Origin: Eledone cirrhosa
Lineage: Eukaryota
Length of the DNA stretch: 64,000 nucleotides
Direction of reading: 5' to 3'
NCBI GenBank assembly: GCA_964016885.1
Contig: OZ024740.1
Span: 208,010,001-208,074,000 of the forward strand
In this document: in pieces, positions 12,669-28,746 of the stretch
Layout of the letters: every line of letters begins with the position of its first letter
Position numbering within the stretch: the stretch's first letter is position 1
Notes under the pieces: model-generated
The model's input: only the letters and a program-made list of their open reading frames with translations
What the model was told of the DNA's origin: nothing
Databases searched by the model: none
Translations under genes and position numbers: made by a program

Positions 12669-14060
12669 GGAAAGTAAGAAATCGGAGAATAGACCGTTAA
12701 AACATGTTTATTTAAAACAGGACCTACGTACGTTTCGCCCAGTAGGGCTTCTCAAGGATAAATAACCAAAAGTGTTCCTTACATTGCTCGGAAAGAGTTT
12801 TTGGGGTTAAATTCACGTCAGGGTTCATTGCTCGCAAAAATACCTTGTTTTGATTTTGCAGCGGCCAGAATTACCTCAAAGGAGGTAATTCTGGCCGGTG
12901 TTAGGGCAGTCTTTCCCGGACAAATTTTTATCCGCTACAAGATGAGGTTACAACCTTACCCTTGTCGATACGCATAGGGCCATGTAACCAACGCTTATTT
13001 TGAGACGTTTGTTTTTCCGCATCTGTTTGTCTGAGTCGTTTGAGGCTGGGTCTGGTATGCAAGATTAGTTTCCTGGGTGTTATTTTGCAGCGCCTGCCCG
13101 CCGGGGTGTTAAGACTTGTTGCAGGGAGATCCGGTGCACGTTTTCACTCCCCATCCTTAACCCATCTGAAGAAGGATATTTTTAAGCGATGTGTAAAACT
13201 TATCGCTGTTTCAGCTCTGCTGTTGATGAGCTCGTGGGGTCCAGTTATGATGTGGTAGAGCTCCATTAGGCAAAGATCGCATTTCCTCTTCAAGTTGTAC
13301 GGTGTAGCCCTGCCGACAATATCCCAGTGCGTGGAGAAGCTGATGTTTAAGTCCTTTAGTGATGTGATGTAGTCCGCGAGCGAAGTGGAGTGTCTTAGTT
13401 TTTTATTTGTGAAAGAGTGGAGATGTGTTCGAAACCTAATTTTGAACGGGCTGGAGGTAGCCCCTATATAATGTTTAACGCTATTGTGGCTAGTTACAGT
13501 GCATCTATATATAACCCTATCAGTCAAGCAGTATCCTCTAAGTGGGCAGCGTCCTCTGTCGCAGCAGTTGCAATTTCTGTCGCGGTTCCATCTATTTCCC
13601 ACGGTAAGGCTATCATTGTTGCTGCCTACTTCGTTACCTACGCTCCCGCAGCTGTCGTTAGCACAATTACAACCCACAGCACGCGGGGTGGTGCGATTGT
13701 TATTCCGCACGTCATGTCCTGCATATTCCCCAGTCCTTTCGCGGTTATGCTGGTTGCGTCTGCGGAGGCCGTTGCCAGCACTATTGGATGCTGCTAGGGA
13801 GTTGTTAAGGCCATTATAGTTATTGTCAGGTCTAGGTGCGTCTGTGTCGAGGTGTTGTGTCTTGGTGATCTTACTGTGGTTTGTTGTTCCTATGATGTCT
13901 GCTAGGTTAGGAGTAGTAGAGAAGGATATTTTTATATTGTTCCTATTAAGAATTTTTTTATACCTATGGTTGGGCGGGAAGTTCTTCTCTAAGGCTTCGA
14001 CGAACATCCGGGGTATGTTGGAGGCCACACTCCGAGAGTAGGGGGGTGGAACCATAGGAC
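12667..14060 (-). mobile_element. Penelope-like element 3' fragment: RT tail, linker, GIY-YIG endonuclease and HHR-bearing 3' region
   Basis: ORF 13144-14055: PPYS..V, NRNNIKISFSTTPNL, CNC-x5-CPL-x3-CL, VIY...YIG, FK.R...H..SF, CDLC..E, INSRAE. The Cys pattern resembles the Naiad group. It ends in (TA)n at 12666. Confidence 0.9.
12723..12757 (-). ncRNA. Minimal type I hammerhead, U3-A8 variant
   Basis: cc-UUGAGAA-gccc[uacu]gggc-GAAA-CGUACG-UA-gg. It lies about 390 nt downstream of the GIY-YIG stop, on the same strand. Confidence 0.75.
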
Positions 14061-14147
14061 GTTACGATGGCAATTACGTGTCCTTGTATAAATAACTATA
14101 TGTATCACCTATCCTCCCCTTTTTTTCTCTCTCTCGATACGTAAATA

Positions 14148-14295
<148 letters not shown>

Positions 14296-14369
14296 GTTAC
14301 CACTTCTACCAAACACGTCCCATGGACTGAGTGCTCTACCACTACGGATATTACCTTCCAGTGTTCTAA

Positions 14370-14455
<86 letters not shown>

Positions 14456-14574
14456 ATACATATATATACATCTACACATACATATACATCTATACATATA
14501 TATATATATATATATATACATATACTTATTATATATATATAAATTCATTTATATATATACATATAGATATACAC

Positions 14575-14654
<80 letters not shown>

Positions 14655-14972
14655 TGTGTATGTGTATACTTCAAATATACATTAAAAAAACTAACTGCTT
14701 GTATTATAAGTACGCATGTACTATTATATCCTTTTACTGGATATATAAATTGTGATTAAATTCGTAAAGGATTTCACTCATGTTTCTCTCTCTATACCAA
14801 TGATACTCTGTTCCAAATTCTACTTCTTAGCTACAAAATATCACTTTTTTTCATCCATTCCCATATATATGGAACTATAGTAAAGCTTTATTCCCAAAGC
14901 TCCAGACACATGTTTATACATATTAATCTCCTTAATGTTTGCGTAGTATATATATACAATATATACAAGTAT

Positions 14973-15044
<72 letters not shown>

Positions 15045-15082
15045 GCAATAATATATATATATTAATAATTAATATATATATG

Positions 15083-15139
<57 letters not shown>

Positions 15140-15442
15140 ACACAATATATACATTATATATATATATGTATATACATATATATATTCATACATATATATA
15201 TATATATATATTCGTACATATATATATATGCATGTTCGTTTCTCTTTTGTATGTATATATACACATGAGATACGTGATATGTCGCATTAACTTTACATGT
15301 CTGAATTCAGTTGGGTGTATAATATTCTCATTGTTTTGAGTATAATATTCTCACACGTTTTCTTTATATCTCTCTTTGTCCATATTAAAATTTCACTGGT
15401 TTATTAATATATAGCAATAATACTTCATAGACATAAGGGAAA

Positions 15443-15591
<149 letters not shown>

Positions 15592-16390
15592 AAATTATAC
15601 GCGCACACACAAAACACATGCCATCTCTCACCATCACTCTCCATGTAAAACTATATTCAAATATATATGTTGCATGTATTTGTGACAGAGTGTTTGTGTG
15701 TGTCTGAGTGTGTATGTGTCTGTGTGCGTATGTGTGTATTTTTGTGTGTATATATGTGTGTGTGAGAGTGTGTTTGTGTGTATGTGTGTCTGTGAGTATG
15801 TGCGTGTGTGCGTGTGTGCGTGTGTGTGTATGTGTGCTTGTGTGTGTGTGTCTGTCTGAGTGTGTATCTCTTTCCCTTCTGTTTCAAATATAATATATAC
15901 TATTGCATACGCACACAAACACTCCCGCACATAGACATCTGCACGCACATAACCACAATCGTACATACACACAGACACACAGATAGCCACAAACACACAT
16001 AGACACACAAATAACCACAAACACACATATACACTGACACAAGCATACACATAAAATATATTTATTCATTAGATGTGTCTATCATGATAAATAGTAGATT
16101 ATTTGTGCGCAACATGTAACGGAATTAAATCAATAATCCGGCCGATCATTTTTATCTGTGTAGGAAACAAGATGGAAGATAACAGCAAAGCCAAAGAGAC
16201 ACAAGCGCTCTGCTTCCGGTTCTAGTTATGTTCTATTTATATACCGTATCATTTCATACAAGCTATACAATATTTTTTTTTCCTTCAGTTTGTTTGTCTA
16301 CTATTTTTTGTCTTCCAGACTTTATTCTCTCTCTCTCTCTCTCTTTCTCTCCCCCTCTCTCTTTCTTTCTCTCTTTCTCTCTCTCACTTA

Positions 16391-16436
<46 letters not shown>

Positions 16437-16457
16437 CTCTCGTACTCACTCTCTCAT

Positions 16458-16520
<63 letters not shown>

Positions 16521-16919
16521 GTCTCTCACTCACTCTCTATTTTCCTCTCTTTCTCTCACTTACTCTCTCCCGCTCTCTCTCTCACTCTCCCTCGCTATTT
16601 CTCTCCTTCTCCCTCCCCCTCTATTTCTCTCTCTCCGTTATATTTTTATTTGACTCTCTCTTTGTCTTCCTCTTACGATTTATTTCTCAAAGTCTATCTC
16701 TTTCTCCCCCTTCCCCACATACACACTCATGCTCTTAGTCACTCACTCAATCTCCTCCCTCTCACTATATATGTCTGTGTGTCCCTCTCTTTTCTACCTC
16801 ACTCTCTCTATATATATGTGTGTGTCCCTCTCCTCTCCATCTCAGTCCTATATATATATATGTGTGTGTGTGCGTGTGTGTGTGTCTCTTGCTCTCTCTT
16901 CTCTTATCTATCACACCCA

Positions 16920-16950
<31 letters not shown>

Positions 16951-17069
16951 GTGTGTGTGTGTGTGCGTGTGTATCCCTCTCTTATCTTCTCTCTCACTGT
17001 GTCACACACTCTCTCTCTTCTCTTTCACAACTATCAATCTCTGTTAACAATTTCTCATTTTCTCTCAAT

Positions 17070-17149
<80 letters not shown>

Positions 17150-17369
17150 ACTTTCATTCTCCCCCTTCTCCCGCTTCTCTTTATTTTCCTTCCTTCTGTA
17201 CACATTGTCTCTTGAGCCAATGAAGCAAAAAACTAAGATCATTATAAGATATTCCGCTCAAAATAGGCCAGGAGATGGTCATGTTTGTATAGGTGAACAA
17301 TGTCCTGTGATAGTGTCTTAACCAACGGAAATCTAGGATATGGTCATCACGCTGAAGAAATACGAGGTG

Positions 17370-17880
17370 GTAACAGGAACAACTCAATGGACTTGTAGTG
17401 CGATACTTGAAGAAGTTAGTTCACGTGGGTCAATATTATGAGTTTTGAGGCCAGCGTTTCTTTTAAGATAGTTGAGGTCTGATTCAGGACCCGACCTCTA
17501 TGAGGATATGTACAGAGATTAGTTTATAAGCAAGGTGTTGATTCTCCCCCAGAAATGAATTGAGAAATGAGCCGAGATATGATTATTTCTGAGAGGTTAA
17601 CCAGAAGTCTAGGACGCATATATCACCAACGTTATTCGTGTCACCCGGCTTTCTTCCCGAGATTCCTCAACGATGAATTGGTGTAGTCACAGTTTTTCAC
17701 GTATCTTATCGCAGTTTGTCTCCTTGTCGGAGTTCGGGCCAATATTTGGTGTCTTACATCCTCAATGTTGTCAGGTATTCATAGTTGTCTACCAATCGGG
17801 CATTGTAGTCTATGGTATGCCAACCCTTGAATTATATAGAGAATTAGTTGTGAAAAAAAACGTTAATGTGCTGGGAAAGA
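17370..17880 (-). mobile_element. Highly decayed RTE-like LINE 3' fragment
   Basis: The minus-strand remnant GLKTHNIDPREL resembles the RTE C-terminal LK...ID..W motif. Many stops. Confidence 0.35.
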
Positions 17881-18017
17881 CCCTAGACGTAAACGAAGAT
17901 CAAATAAACAGGTGTAGTCTTTAGGAAACCCAAGGCACGGCAGACATGGGTGGGAGGTGCGCAGAAGTACGGAACCTTTCTAAGCGTACTTGCTTACAGT
18001 CGGCGAATTGATAACGT

Positions 18018-18055
18018 GCAGCAGCATCAATAGTAGTAGTTGCAACAGCAGCAGC

Positions 18056-18138
<83 letters not shown>

Positions 18139-18172
18139 CAGCAGTAGCAGCACTATCATCATCATCAACAGC

Positions 18173-18234
<62 letters not shown>

Positions 18235-18252
18235 CAGCAGTAGCAGCAGTAT

Positions 18253-18345
<93 letters not shown>

Positions 18346-18355
18346 AAGAAGAAGA
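18018..18355. repeat. (TAG)n/(CAG)n trinucleotide tract
   Basis: Seen directly; it produces the poly-S/T/L ORFs. Confidence 0.95.
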
Positions 18356-18471
18356 AAGGTAATCCGTGTTGGAGTCATTGCTCTTCATGTCCTTCCTTAT
18401 ACGAGAATCAGACGCCATCACTGTTGTAATTAATATACGAAAGAAACCATTTTAATCATTTTGATACTGAT

Positions 18472-18873
18472 TGGCAGTATCAGTAGAGGGTCGAACGCCA
18501 TGCTTTGTAGCATATAGATACGGCCTTGTATGATCTGAGTTCAAATCCCGCCGAGGTTAACTTTTCCTTTCATCCTTACGGGGTCGATAAAATAAAGTAC
18601 CAGTAATACACTGATGTCGGTTTAATCGACTCTCCCCTCCCCCAAAATTGCTGGCCTTGTGCCTATATAAGAAACCATTATTTGATACTGATTGGCAGTA
18701 TCAGTAGAGGGTCGGACGCCATGCTTTGCAGCATAGAGTTACGCCCTTTTATAGTCTGAGTTCAAATCCCGCCGAAGTTCACTTTGCCTTTCATCCTTAC
18801 GGAGTCGATAAAATAAAGTACCAGTAATGTACTGGAATAATTGCTGGCCTTTTGCCGAAAAGCAGAAACAATG
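18472..18873 (+). mobile_element. Two head-to-tail SINE family A copies (full then short)
   Basis: ttgatactgattggcagtatcagtagagggtcg occurs at 18461 and 18682 (period 221). Confidence 0.88.
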
Positions 18874-19431
18874 ATTACTTAATACTCATTATTTTCCTTT
18901 TTCTTCTTAATATTATCATTATTATTGTCATTTCTGTTGCTGCTGCTATCAATATTATTGTTGTTGCTGCTATTATTGTTATTTCTGTTGTTGCTATTAT
19001 TGTTATTTCTGTTGTTGCTATTATTGTTATTGTTGTTGCAGCTACCATTATTGTTATTTCTATTGCAGCTATCATTGCTGATTCTGTTGTTGTTATTGTT
19101 GCTATTATATATGATGACACCTTGAAAGGTTGAGTCGGCCATATTTTCTCTACATAAAAAACCCCAAACGAGCGATATTTCCACCATTTGCAATCATAAA
19201 TCATATTTGTTACAAAACAGGTATCATCCTTCTTCTTTCTCTTCACAGACATCTTTTTTTCTCTCTAACTTTCGCTCACTATTCCACTCTCTCTCTCGCT
19301 CTCTCTCTCTCGTTGCCTCTCTATTTGCCTCTCTATTTGACTCTCTCTCTTTCCCTCCCTATTTCATTCTCTCTCTCTTTGCCTCTCTGTTTCACTCTCT
19401 TTATTTCTTTATTTCTTTATTTCTTTCTCTC

Positions 19432-19464
<33 letters not shown>

Positions 19465-19558
19465 ATTTATAATATATATCTTTCACTCTCTCTCTCTTTC
19501 TCTCTCTATTTCAATCTCTCTAATTCTTTGCCTCTTTATTTCATTCTATCTCTCTTTG

Positions 19559-19621
<63 letters not shown>

Positions 19622-20160
19622 ACCTGCTCATGTATGTTTATGAGTGATGCGCTAATATATGATTCATATAGTTTCAGCATTTGGTAACTTGGCAACAGCA
19701 TATATATATATATATATATATAATGTGTGTGTGTGTTTGTATGTATATATATGTATGTATACACACACATACACACACACACACATACATATATATATAT
19801 AGACTTATATACGTACACACACAAAATGTGAGTGTATGTCTGTGTACGCGTATCTGTGTGCGTGTATGTGCTGGCATGTATATGTCTGGGGAGAGGTTTG
19901 TGTATGTATGTCCGTGTGAGTTTGTGTATGTGTGGATGTATGTGCATGTATTTATGTGTGCGTGGGTATATATATTTATATACATACTTAAGGGTGAACC
20001 AGGAGAAGAGAGAGAAATATTATATTATGAGTACTTTATATCTGAAGCTGAAAATTCGGAAGTTGTTACTCTGTCAGAGAGGAAACAAGAAACTCGCAGT
20101 AACGATTTTCAGTATCTAATGAATATATATACATGCATTCACACATTCAAACATATATAC

Positions 20161-20373
<213 letters not shown>

Positions 20374-20407
20374 CACACACACACATATATATATATATAA
20401 ATATATA

Positions 20408-20478
<71 letters not shown>

Positions 20479-20487
<9 letters not shown>

Positions 20488-20665
20488 TGAGATTCTACAG
20501 GACTAGATCTGTTTCATTCTTTAGAAATCATCAGATTCCTGATGATTTCTAAAGAATGAAACAGTTCTAGTCCTGTAGAATCTCATCTATATTAAAACGT
20601 TTATACTCTGCAATGTATTGAGTACCTTACTTACTGTGGTTACCTCCGATTCAACCCGGAATAGC

Positions 20666-20666
<1 letters not shown>
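20479..20666 (+). mobile_element. Short HHR-bearing element family F1 with 5' fold-back, inside (TA)n
   Basis: 20479-20534 is the reverse complement of 20539-20594. The 3' tail gtattgagtaccttacttactgtggttacctccgattcaacccggaata is shared with 32907, 38111, 46630 and 48361. Confidence 0.85.
20533..20583 (+). ncRNA. Type I hammerhead ribozyme (F1)
   Basis: agauuc-CUGAUGA-uuucu[aa]agaau-GAAA-CAG[uucuaguc]CUG-UA-gaaucu: 6-bp stem I, GUA cleavage triplet. Confidence 0.85.
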
Positions 20667-20700
<34 letters not shown>

Positions 20701-20742
20701 CATATATATACACACACATACACACACACGCATATACATACT

Positions 20743-20806
<64 letters not shown>

Positions 20807-22363
20807 TATCCGTATATGTGTGTATGTGTGTGTGTGTGTGTATAAACATAGCCGAACACACCGTTTAGTTGAGTGTATGTATGATTGTATGATTGTATGT
20901 AAGTATGTATGTATGTATGTATGCACGTATATCTGTATGTGCATGTATATTATCTGTGTAGACTTCACCTGCTCTTATACTCAGGGGCGATATTGAGAAT
21001 TTATCATCAATGACATCCGTTTAGATATATAGATCGAACTCGACACCGGCTTATACCTAATCAATCAATCATATTTTCAGATGAATCTATATGTTGTTCC
21101 TGATTATTATTTTTTTGTTTTTTTGTTTTTGCTATTTTTCCCCCATCCTTTGGATTATTCTAATAAACACGATGTTTGTCTGGAAGTTTCGAGTAATACT
21201 CCATCATTAGAATTTACGATAGCTATGTAGTATAATTACATATGAACTTCATGAAAGTTATACATAGTTTTATTGTACAGTTTACTAACTGAATCTGAGA
21301 ACATTAGTTCTTGGAAGCTCACCATTTAAAGATTAATACGGCATTAGAATATCTGATAGAATGCTTTGTAATATTTATTGAGGCTCTCTAAGTTCAAATT
21401 CCGCCAATGCGTGCTTTGCCTTTCATACTTTCTAGATCGATAAATAAAGTACTGGCCAATACTAGGATCGCTTCGCCTCCTCTCTCACTTTCACGCACTA
21501 TCTCCTCTCTATCTCTATCTCGTTTTCCCTCTCTCTCTGTCTCCCTCTCTCTATCTATCTCTATCTCTTCCACCCCTCTCTCTCTCTTTTTCTTTTGAAA
21601 GAAACTGACTATTGCTGGGTTCCACCAAGTATAAATCTAAACCACACAATAGACATTCAGTACATATTTAGTGAAGCAGGTATAGTTGAGTGGTTAAGAA
21701 ATTCGTTTCACAATCTTGAGGTTCTGGGTTCAATTCTGCCATGTTTCATCTTTGGAGAGTATCTTTTTTTTTTTTTACTATATAATTTTAGGTCGGCTTA
21801 AGCCTTGTGAAAGAAATTTCTAAAGTCTAAAGTCTGTCTCGAACTCAGAGACTTGTCAGGCCGCTGCTTAACCAGGTTTCCGTGGCGTTAAACGACTGAG
21901 GGTACAATACACCCGCAAGACAGGATACTTAGCTACTGATGGTATTCATTTTCAGCTGGAACAACATGAAATGAAGTGCTTTTCCTCAGATCGATTGTAT
22001 CTGTAATTCAAAGGCACTATCACTTCATATATTTTTTTCAACCTGATTCAATCTGAACACATTTGTCTAAAATAATCAGCTCTCCGCTCCTTTGATTAAA
22101 CTACCTGGATGGTCATCGTCGAAACCGATGGATGATCTGTATAAAGCTGGTAACACCAGCTCCCAAACAAATCCTTCTACTTCTACCGTGTACGATTTAT
22201 TTTCAATTTGTACACTCAAACTCACGGATGCATACACACACATACACACACATACACACACACACAAGCACACACATATATATAGACATATTTTTAAATG
22301 TACATATGGCTGTATGTCTATACACAAATGTCATCGAGAGTACACACACTCCCACACACACAA

Positions 22364-22395
<32 letters not shown>

Positions 22396-22425
22396 ACACA
22401 AACACACAAACACACACACACACAC

Positions 22426-22479
<54 letters not shown>

Positions 22480-22480
22480 T

Positions 22481-22575
<95 letters not shown>

Positions 22576-22577
<2 letters not shown>

Positions 22578-23125
22578 TAGTAACACGACAGTTAGTTCAC
22601 CATACCGAGAATAAATGTTTCACCTTATGCGGATCTTCAGCTCGGACTGAGTCTGGCTGTACGAAAAAGGAAAAGCAACCGTGTGGAAACGCATGCGCAG
22701 AAACGGTCACTTCTCTCAGGCGATAAATTCCCACGGTCGAAAGGTGTAAGGGAGATAACTGCGAATGTCCGGAATAAATTATTCGAGTTGATTAGACTAT
22801 TAGAATGTTGATGTTATTCAATCCGGAGCTTTGTAGTTATGCAAGAGGTGTTTCCAGGCGTGTGGACAACGCGAAAAAAGCTCATTACTTGAATTTAGGC
22901 AATGACTATTGCGTAATCTCGTCAGAATATTGGATATTGAAGACGGATTACCCCTTACGTATGGCTTGGTCTTAGTGATAGCTTTCCATTGGATGGAGTA
23001 GTCTACACGTGAGTCTTTGTGGGACTATACGTGGCTCGCGAGTTTCGTGGATTATCGTTTGTTCGGGTATCTAAAGGTCGACTGATGGTTCAGGAAACGT
23101 TCCTTAAACCATACCTACATAGGAT
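22576..23125 (-). mobile_element. Decayed PLE GIY-YIG C-terminus plus HHR-bearing 3' region
   Basis: Manual translation: YVGM / FKERFLNHQSTFRYPNKR*STKLASHV*SHKDSRVDYSIQWKAITKTKPY / CLNSSNELFSRCPHAWKHLL. Same type as ORFs 13144 and 28673; bounded by (TA)n. Confidence 0.85.
22605..22645 (-). ncRNA. Type I hammerhead (family F4), stem III mismatch
   Basis: ccgag-CUGAAGA-uccgcauaaggu-GAAA-cauuua-UU-cucgg. Homologous to 57216 and 57330. Confidence 0.7.
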
Positions 23126-23136
23126 TTAATCTCTTG

Positions 23137-23253
<117 letters not shown>

Positions 23254-24210
23254 GAACAGATTACAGTTTAAGCCAAGAATCGCAAATAATGTATATATAT
23301 ATATATATATATATATTACATGTATGTATGCGCATACGTATATATATATGTATATATACATCTCTGTCGCTATGTCTTTCTCACTTTTCTCTCTCTCTCT
23401 CATCCCCTCTGTGTATTATATACGTGTGTATGTATGTATGCATATATGGGAATCTTACATACATAAATACATACATACATGCATAAATACATACACACAC
23501 ATATCGCACATACATCCATCCATACATGCATACATACATAAATAAATACACACATACATAAATACATATATCATGCTGCATACATACACACATACATACA
23601 TACGCACACACACATATACATACATACATACATACATACATACATACATACATACATACATACATACATACATACATACATACATACATACATACAGAAA
23701 GTGATCGTCTTTGACGTCGGAAAAATTGTGAAAGTAAGATTCTTCAAGTTGTATGGAATATCATGCAGTATATTCTTATCAGTGGTGCTATTTCCTTAAT
23801 TTAACGGTTCATGCAGCCTGGCAGACTCTAGAAAATTCTATGAGAATATTTGCTATTCAACATGGAAGATATTTCTGTTATTTTTATTCAAAGCACGAAT
23901 AACAGTCTAAACTCTTTGACCACAGCAATATGTCAATATATATTTTCCTTTGTATTTTTTTTTACAAACTCCACATTTTTACATACATTCATACATGCAT
24001 ATATACATCGGTATAGAAATACACACTCACTCACTCACATACACACGTGTGTGCGTGTATATGTATATACATATGTGTCTGCCTATGAGTGTACATATTC
24101 ATCCAATGCCAATATATGCACATGTATGCATAAATATACTGTTTATATACACATATAATTGTGTGTGTGTGTGTATGTGTGTGTGTGTATGCGTGAGTGC
24201 GTGTGCGCCC

Positions 24211-24249
<39 letters not shown>

Positions 24250-24575
24250 CATATATATATATTGGTATCTTTCATATATCGTCATTAGAAACATTCGTTA
24301 TTTTATGGAAAAATATCTATGATTATTTATATATGTGAGTGTGAGTGTGTGTGTGTGTGTGTGGGTCTGTGTGTGCATATATCTGTCCTTTGTGGTCGTA
24401 TTGACACAGATTACGAAGGTCTTTCATTTATTTATGAATCGCTATCTACTCTGAATCTGTAAAGGAGATAATCATTACGTTTATATTAATCGTTAGAAAT
24501 ATATTTCTGCACAACTATGATAATACATACGAGAACATTTATATAAATGTGTATGTATATATATATATAACTTCT

Positions 24576-24806
24576 TCTCAACCACATCATCCTCTGTGTT
24601 TCCAATCTTTGTTGCCAGATACAGGAAGTCCTCAACCATCTTCCCGCTACATTTATAATCTTCTCTGGCTTCTCCACCAGATACTTCATCTTAATCTCAT
24701 TCATTCTCAGCCCCACACTCATCGACACAGTCTCCACCTCCTGCATCAACTCCTCTGCCTCCGTCACTGTGTTTGTCACCAGAACTATGTTGTCAGCAAA
24801 TTCACC
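24576..24806 (-). mobile_element. RTE-clade RT fragment
   Basis: EFADNIVLVTNTVTEAEELMQEVE..SMSVGLRMNEIK (FADD and GL..N..K motifs), then VEDFLYL after a frameshift. Confidence 0.75.
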
Positions 24807-25414
24807 ATTATATATATATATATATAGACCGATGACTTAATATACACCGATGAATTAATATCTACGATTTTCGTATATACATATATAAACCCATGAAAAA
24901 CAACAAAGAAAGGAAAAAACAACGACCAAAAAAAGCATTTTTTCAAACACAAAAATATAAAATATAAAGGAAGGACGCGGAATTCCAGGGCAATCGGCCG
25001 CCTAGGCGGACTCTGGCAGCTTCGACCCCACCAACGGCACCGTATGTATGTATATTGTAAAGTATTAGTGCCCGATGCTGAGCTCCCCCCATTTCGACTA
25101 AGAATGGCAGTTATTTACACGCAGTCAAAACGGCAAGAGCTCAACTGTCGGGCACTACACCTTACAACACCTACACCTTACTTTCCCAAGTATTGAGTAC
25201 TTAGCTTTCTAAACTGGTAACTCCCAATATAAACACACATATCTATATATACATACTTAACGTATCTGTACCAAAGACAGCCGCAGTACTTGCTATTAAC
25301 TAAAATGTGTGAACTCTGAACATATAGATGCAGTCTCACTACGGCAATCTCATAGATTCATTGAGTGAGTGAGTTGCTGGCTAGAGACCGATGAATTAAT
25401 ATCTACGATTTTCG

Positions 25415-25463
<49 letters not shown>

Positions 25464-25500
25464 ATGTATGTGTGTGTATATATATATATATGCATGTATG

Positions 25501-25625
<125 letters not shown>

Positions 25626-26064
25626 CGTAGTAATGTTTATTCATCCGTCTGTTTACTTTCTTTTCTCTCTTCTTCATATCACCATATTCATGTTTAATTT
25701 CTATCCCCCTCCGCTCCCTTATCCCTCTTAATTTTCATCTATTTCTTTCTCATCTCCCTTACTTATCCTTCCTCTTTGCCTATGCTATATCCCCCCTCTC
25801 TCTTCTATATATATCTTTATTATTATTAATATTATATTTATTTATTTTGATGTGATAGTTTGATTTCGTAAATTTTGCTGGTTAATTATTTAACTATATC
25901 TTCGTTCCTTCTTTCGTCATTTTCTTTCTTTCTCTCTCATTTCCATCTGTTCCCCTTCCTTTATTTGTTTATTTATTTATTTATTTATCATTAATAATAT
26001 TATTGTTGTAGTAATTTGAATTTTCAAGTTTACCGTTACGCATATATTTTATATTTCTTATTTA

Positions 26065-26167
26065 TCTCTGATGAAATGATTGAATTTAGATGTATTATAA
26101 ATTGAGTTATACTGTCTCTAGTATTTAGCAATTTATAGACATTTCTATCATTGAAACAATTGTAAGA
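26065..26167 (+). ncRNA. Type I hammerhead with long stem II
   Basis: ucu-CUGAUGA-aaugau[66 nt including uauaaauug/caauuuaua]aucauu-GAAA-CAAUUG-UA-aga. The tail accatgttattcttcactcttt recurs inverted at about 56963-56985. Confidence 0.8.
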
Positions 26168-26204
26168 CTGTAAATTTTATACTGTCAACCATGTTATTCT
26201 TCAC

Positions 26205-26259
<55 letters not shown>

Positions 26260-26589
26260 TATATATATATATATATATACTCAGGAAACTGGTATAACTC
26301 CGACATAAAACCTGCGGCTCAGTAGTTATCGATGATGATCTTTTCTTCTTTTCAGGTTATAGCTACTGTCGCATAGAGATTGGGATTGGTTCAGTGTACA
26401 GTCTTTCCTCACTTAAAAAATATCTTCACGCACAGGCATTGCACGATAGCATTAATTAATAATTATTAATAATGTTATACCGTGCAATGGCCATACTCGA
26501 TAACGAGGGGGCAACCATCATATATAAATATATATATAGTATTAAATAGATCGATGTCCATATGCAGTTGCATTCAGGTTTATTTTCAT

Positions 26590-26673
26590 CTCCATATATT
26601 TATATTTTACTCAGGTTGACGGCTAGGTAGTTTTCCTCCTACCCATTCCATTAGCCTGAGCTCATCAGGTGGT
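26590..26673 (-). ncRNA. Decayed hammerhead
   Basis: CUGAUGA-gcucaggcuaa...ucaaccugagu-AAAA-uauaaaua-UA-ugg. GAAA has become AAAA, consistent with CpG decay. Confidence 0.5.
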
Positions 26674-26857
26674 ATAAATAATATATATGTCTATGTGTGT
26701 GTGTGCGTGTGTCTGTATGTTTGTGTGCGTGTGTGTGAATATATATATATTGAGAAAAGCTAGATGAAGTAATAAAAGAGTTAAGACAAAGAAAATACGA
26801 GTGACATGCACGCTTACATACAGAGAGAGAGGGAGATAGAGATAGAGATAGAGAGAT

Positions 26858-26970
<113 letters not shown>

Positions 26971-27938
26971 CAGAGAGAAAGTGATGGAATGAGGGGAAGG
27001 CAAACAGAAAATGTTTAAAGGCGAGGAAAGTAAAGAGGAAAGGAGACATAAAACCAAGTACAAAGTGAATAGTAGAAGGTATAGACAGAACAATATGGCG
27101 GATTAGTAACTCTGTTGAGCTGAGACAGCCATTTCTCACTGCCTTACACTTATCCCCCTTTGCTGAACTATTGATCCATGTCATGTTCTTTAGGTTGGCT
27201 TCACTGAACCATGACAGGCAGCTAGCTTGCTGAACACGTAATAGTGTCGGCTGTTGGAATGTATTACATCTTGACTGGGCATTATGTCACAACTGATTTT
27301 ATCGAAATATTATTTTCCCTGCTTACAGGTTCCAACAAAGTGAATATATATCTTTCTCTCCATCTATCCTGTCTGTCCCAGAAACACTCTCACACACATG
27401 CACACACACACACACACAAACACCACACACACACACAACACACACACATACACATATACATACATACACACGTATACACATAGACACACACACACGCACA
27501 CACACGCACACACACACCACACACACACAACACACACACATATACATACATACACACACACATATACATACATATACACATATACACATAGACACACACA
27601 CACTCACGCACACACACGCACACCACACACACACAACACACACACACACATATACATACATACACACACACATATACACACAGACACACACGCACACACA
27701 CACCACACACAACACACAGACATACGCATATACATACATACACACACACATATACACACGGGGACACACAGACACACCACACAACACACACACATACACA
27801 TATACATACACACATACATACACACACTCACGCACATACACACACACACACGCACACACACACACATATATATATATATAAAAGTGAAAAGTCGGTATAT
27901 TTAGGAAAGATTTAGCACTTTACCACTTTTCACTTTCG

Positions 27939-28318
<380 letters not shown>

Positions 28319-28666
28319 CTCTATGGCGGGTAAAATTCCCTAGATGCATGGACGAGTTCTCTCCAGAGGTCTCTGTCCCTCATTATCGCTGCCATGTCCT
28401 GCGTCTCCAACAGACCAGTGTCTGCCCTTAGGGCATCAACATACGTTAACCTTGGTCTTCTTCTTCCAGTGTGTCCATGTAGGGGCTCCCACAGGGGCAC
28501 TGAGTGCAATGTCAAATCTGGATCTCGGTGAGCATGTCCAGCTAACCTCAGTCTCCTCTGTGTCACTTTTGAGCTGACTTTTGGGAGGCTCCCATACAGC
28601 TCTGAATTTTTCATCCTCAGTGTATACTGATTAATGTTCAGAGCGATCCTCAGCATTCTCGTGTAG
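28319..28666 (-). mobile_element. 5'-truncated RTE-clade LINE 3' end with 13-bp TSD
   Basis: YTRMLRIALNI...NSELY...RRLRLAGH..R...RPRLTYVDAL...DRDLWR. TSD atatcattgatat at 28306-28318 and 28667-28679. Confidence 0.9.
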
Positions 28667-28681
28667 ATATCATTGATATAC

Positions 28682-28742
<61 letters not shown>

Positions 28743-28746
<4 letters not shown>

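Noticed and set aside
17921-18433. Poly-Thr/Ala/Ser ORFs
   Set aside because: Trinucleotide repeat translations with no coding context.
26609-26660. Pre-miRNA-like hairpin
   Set aside because: Better explained as stem II of a decayed minus-strand HHR; no miRNA I recognise.
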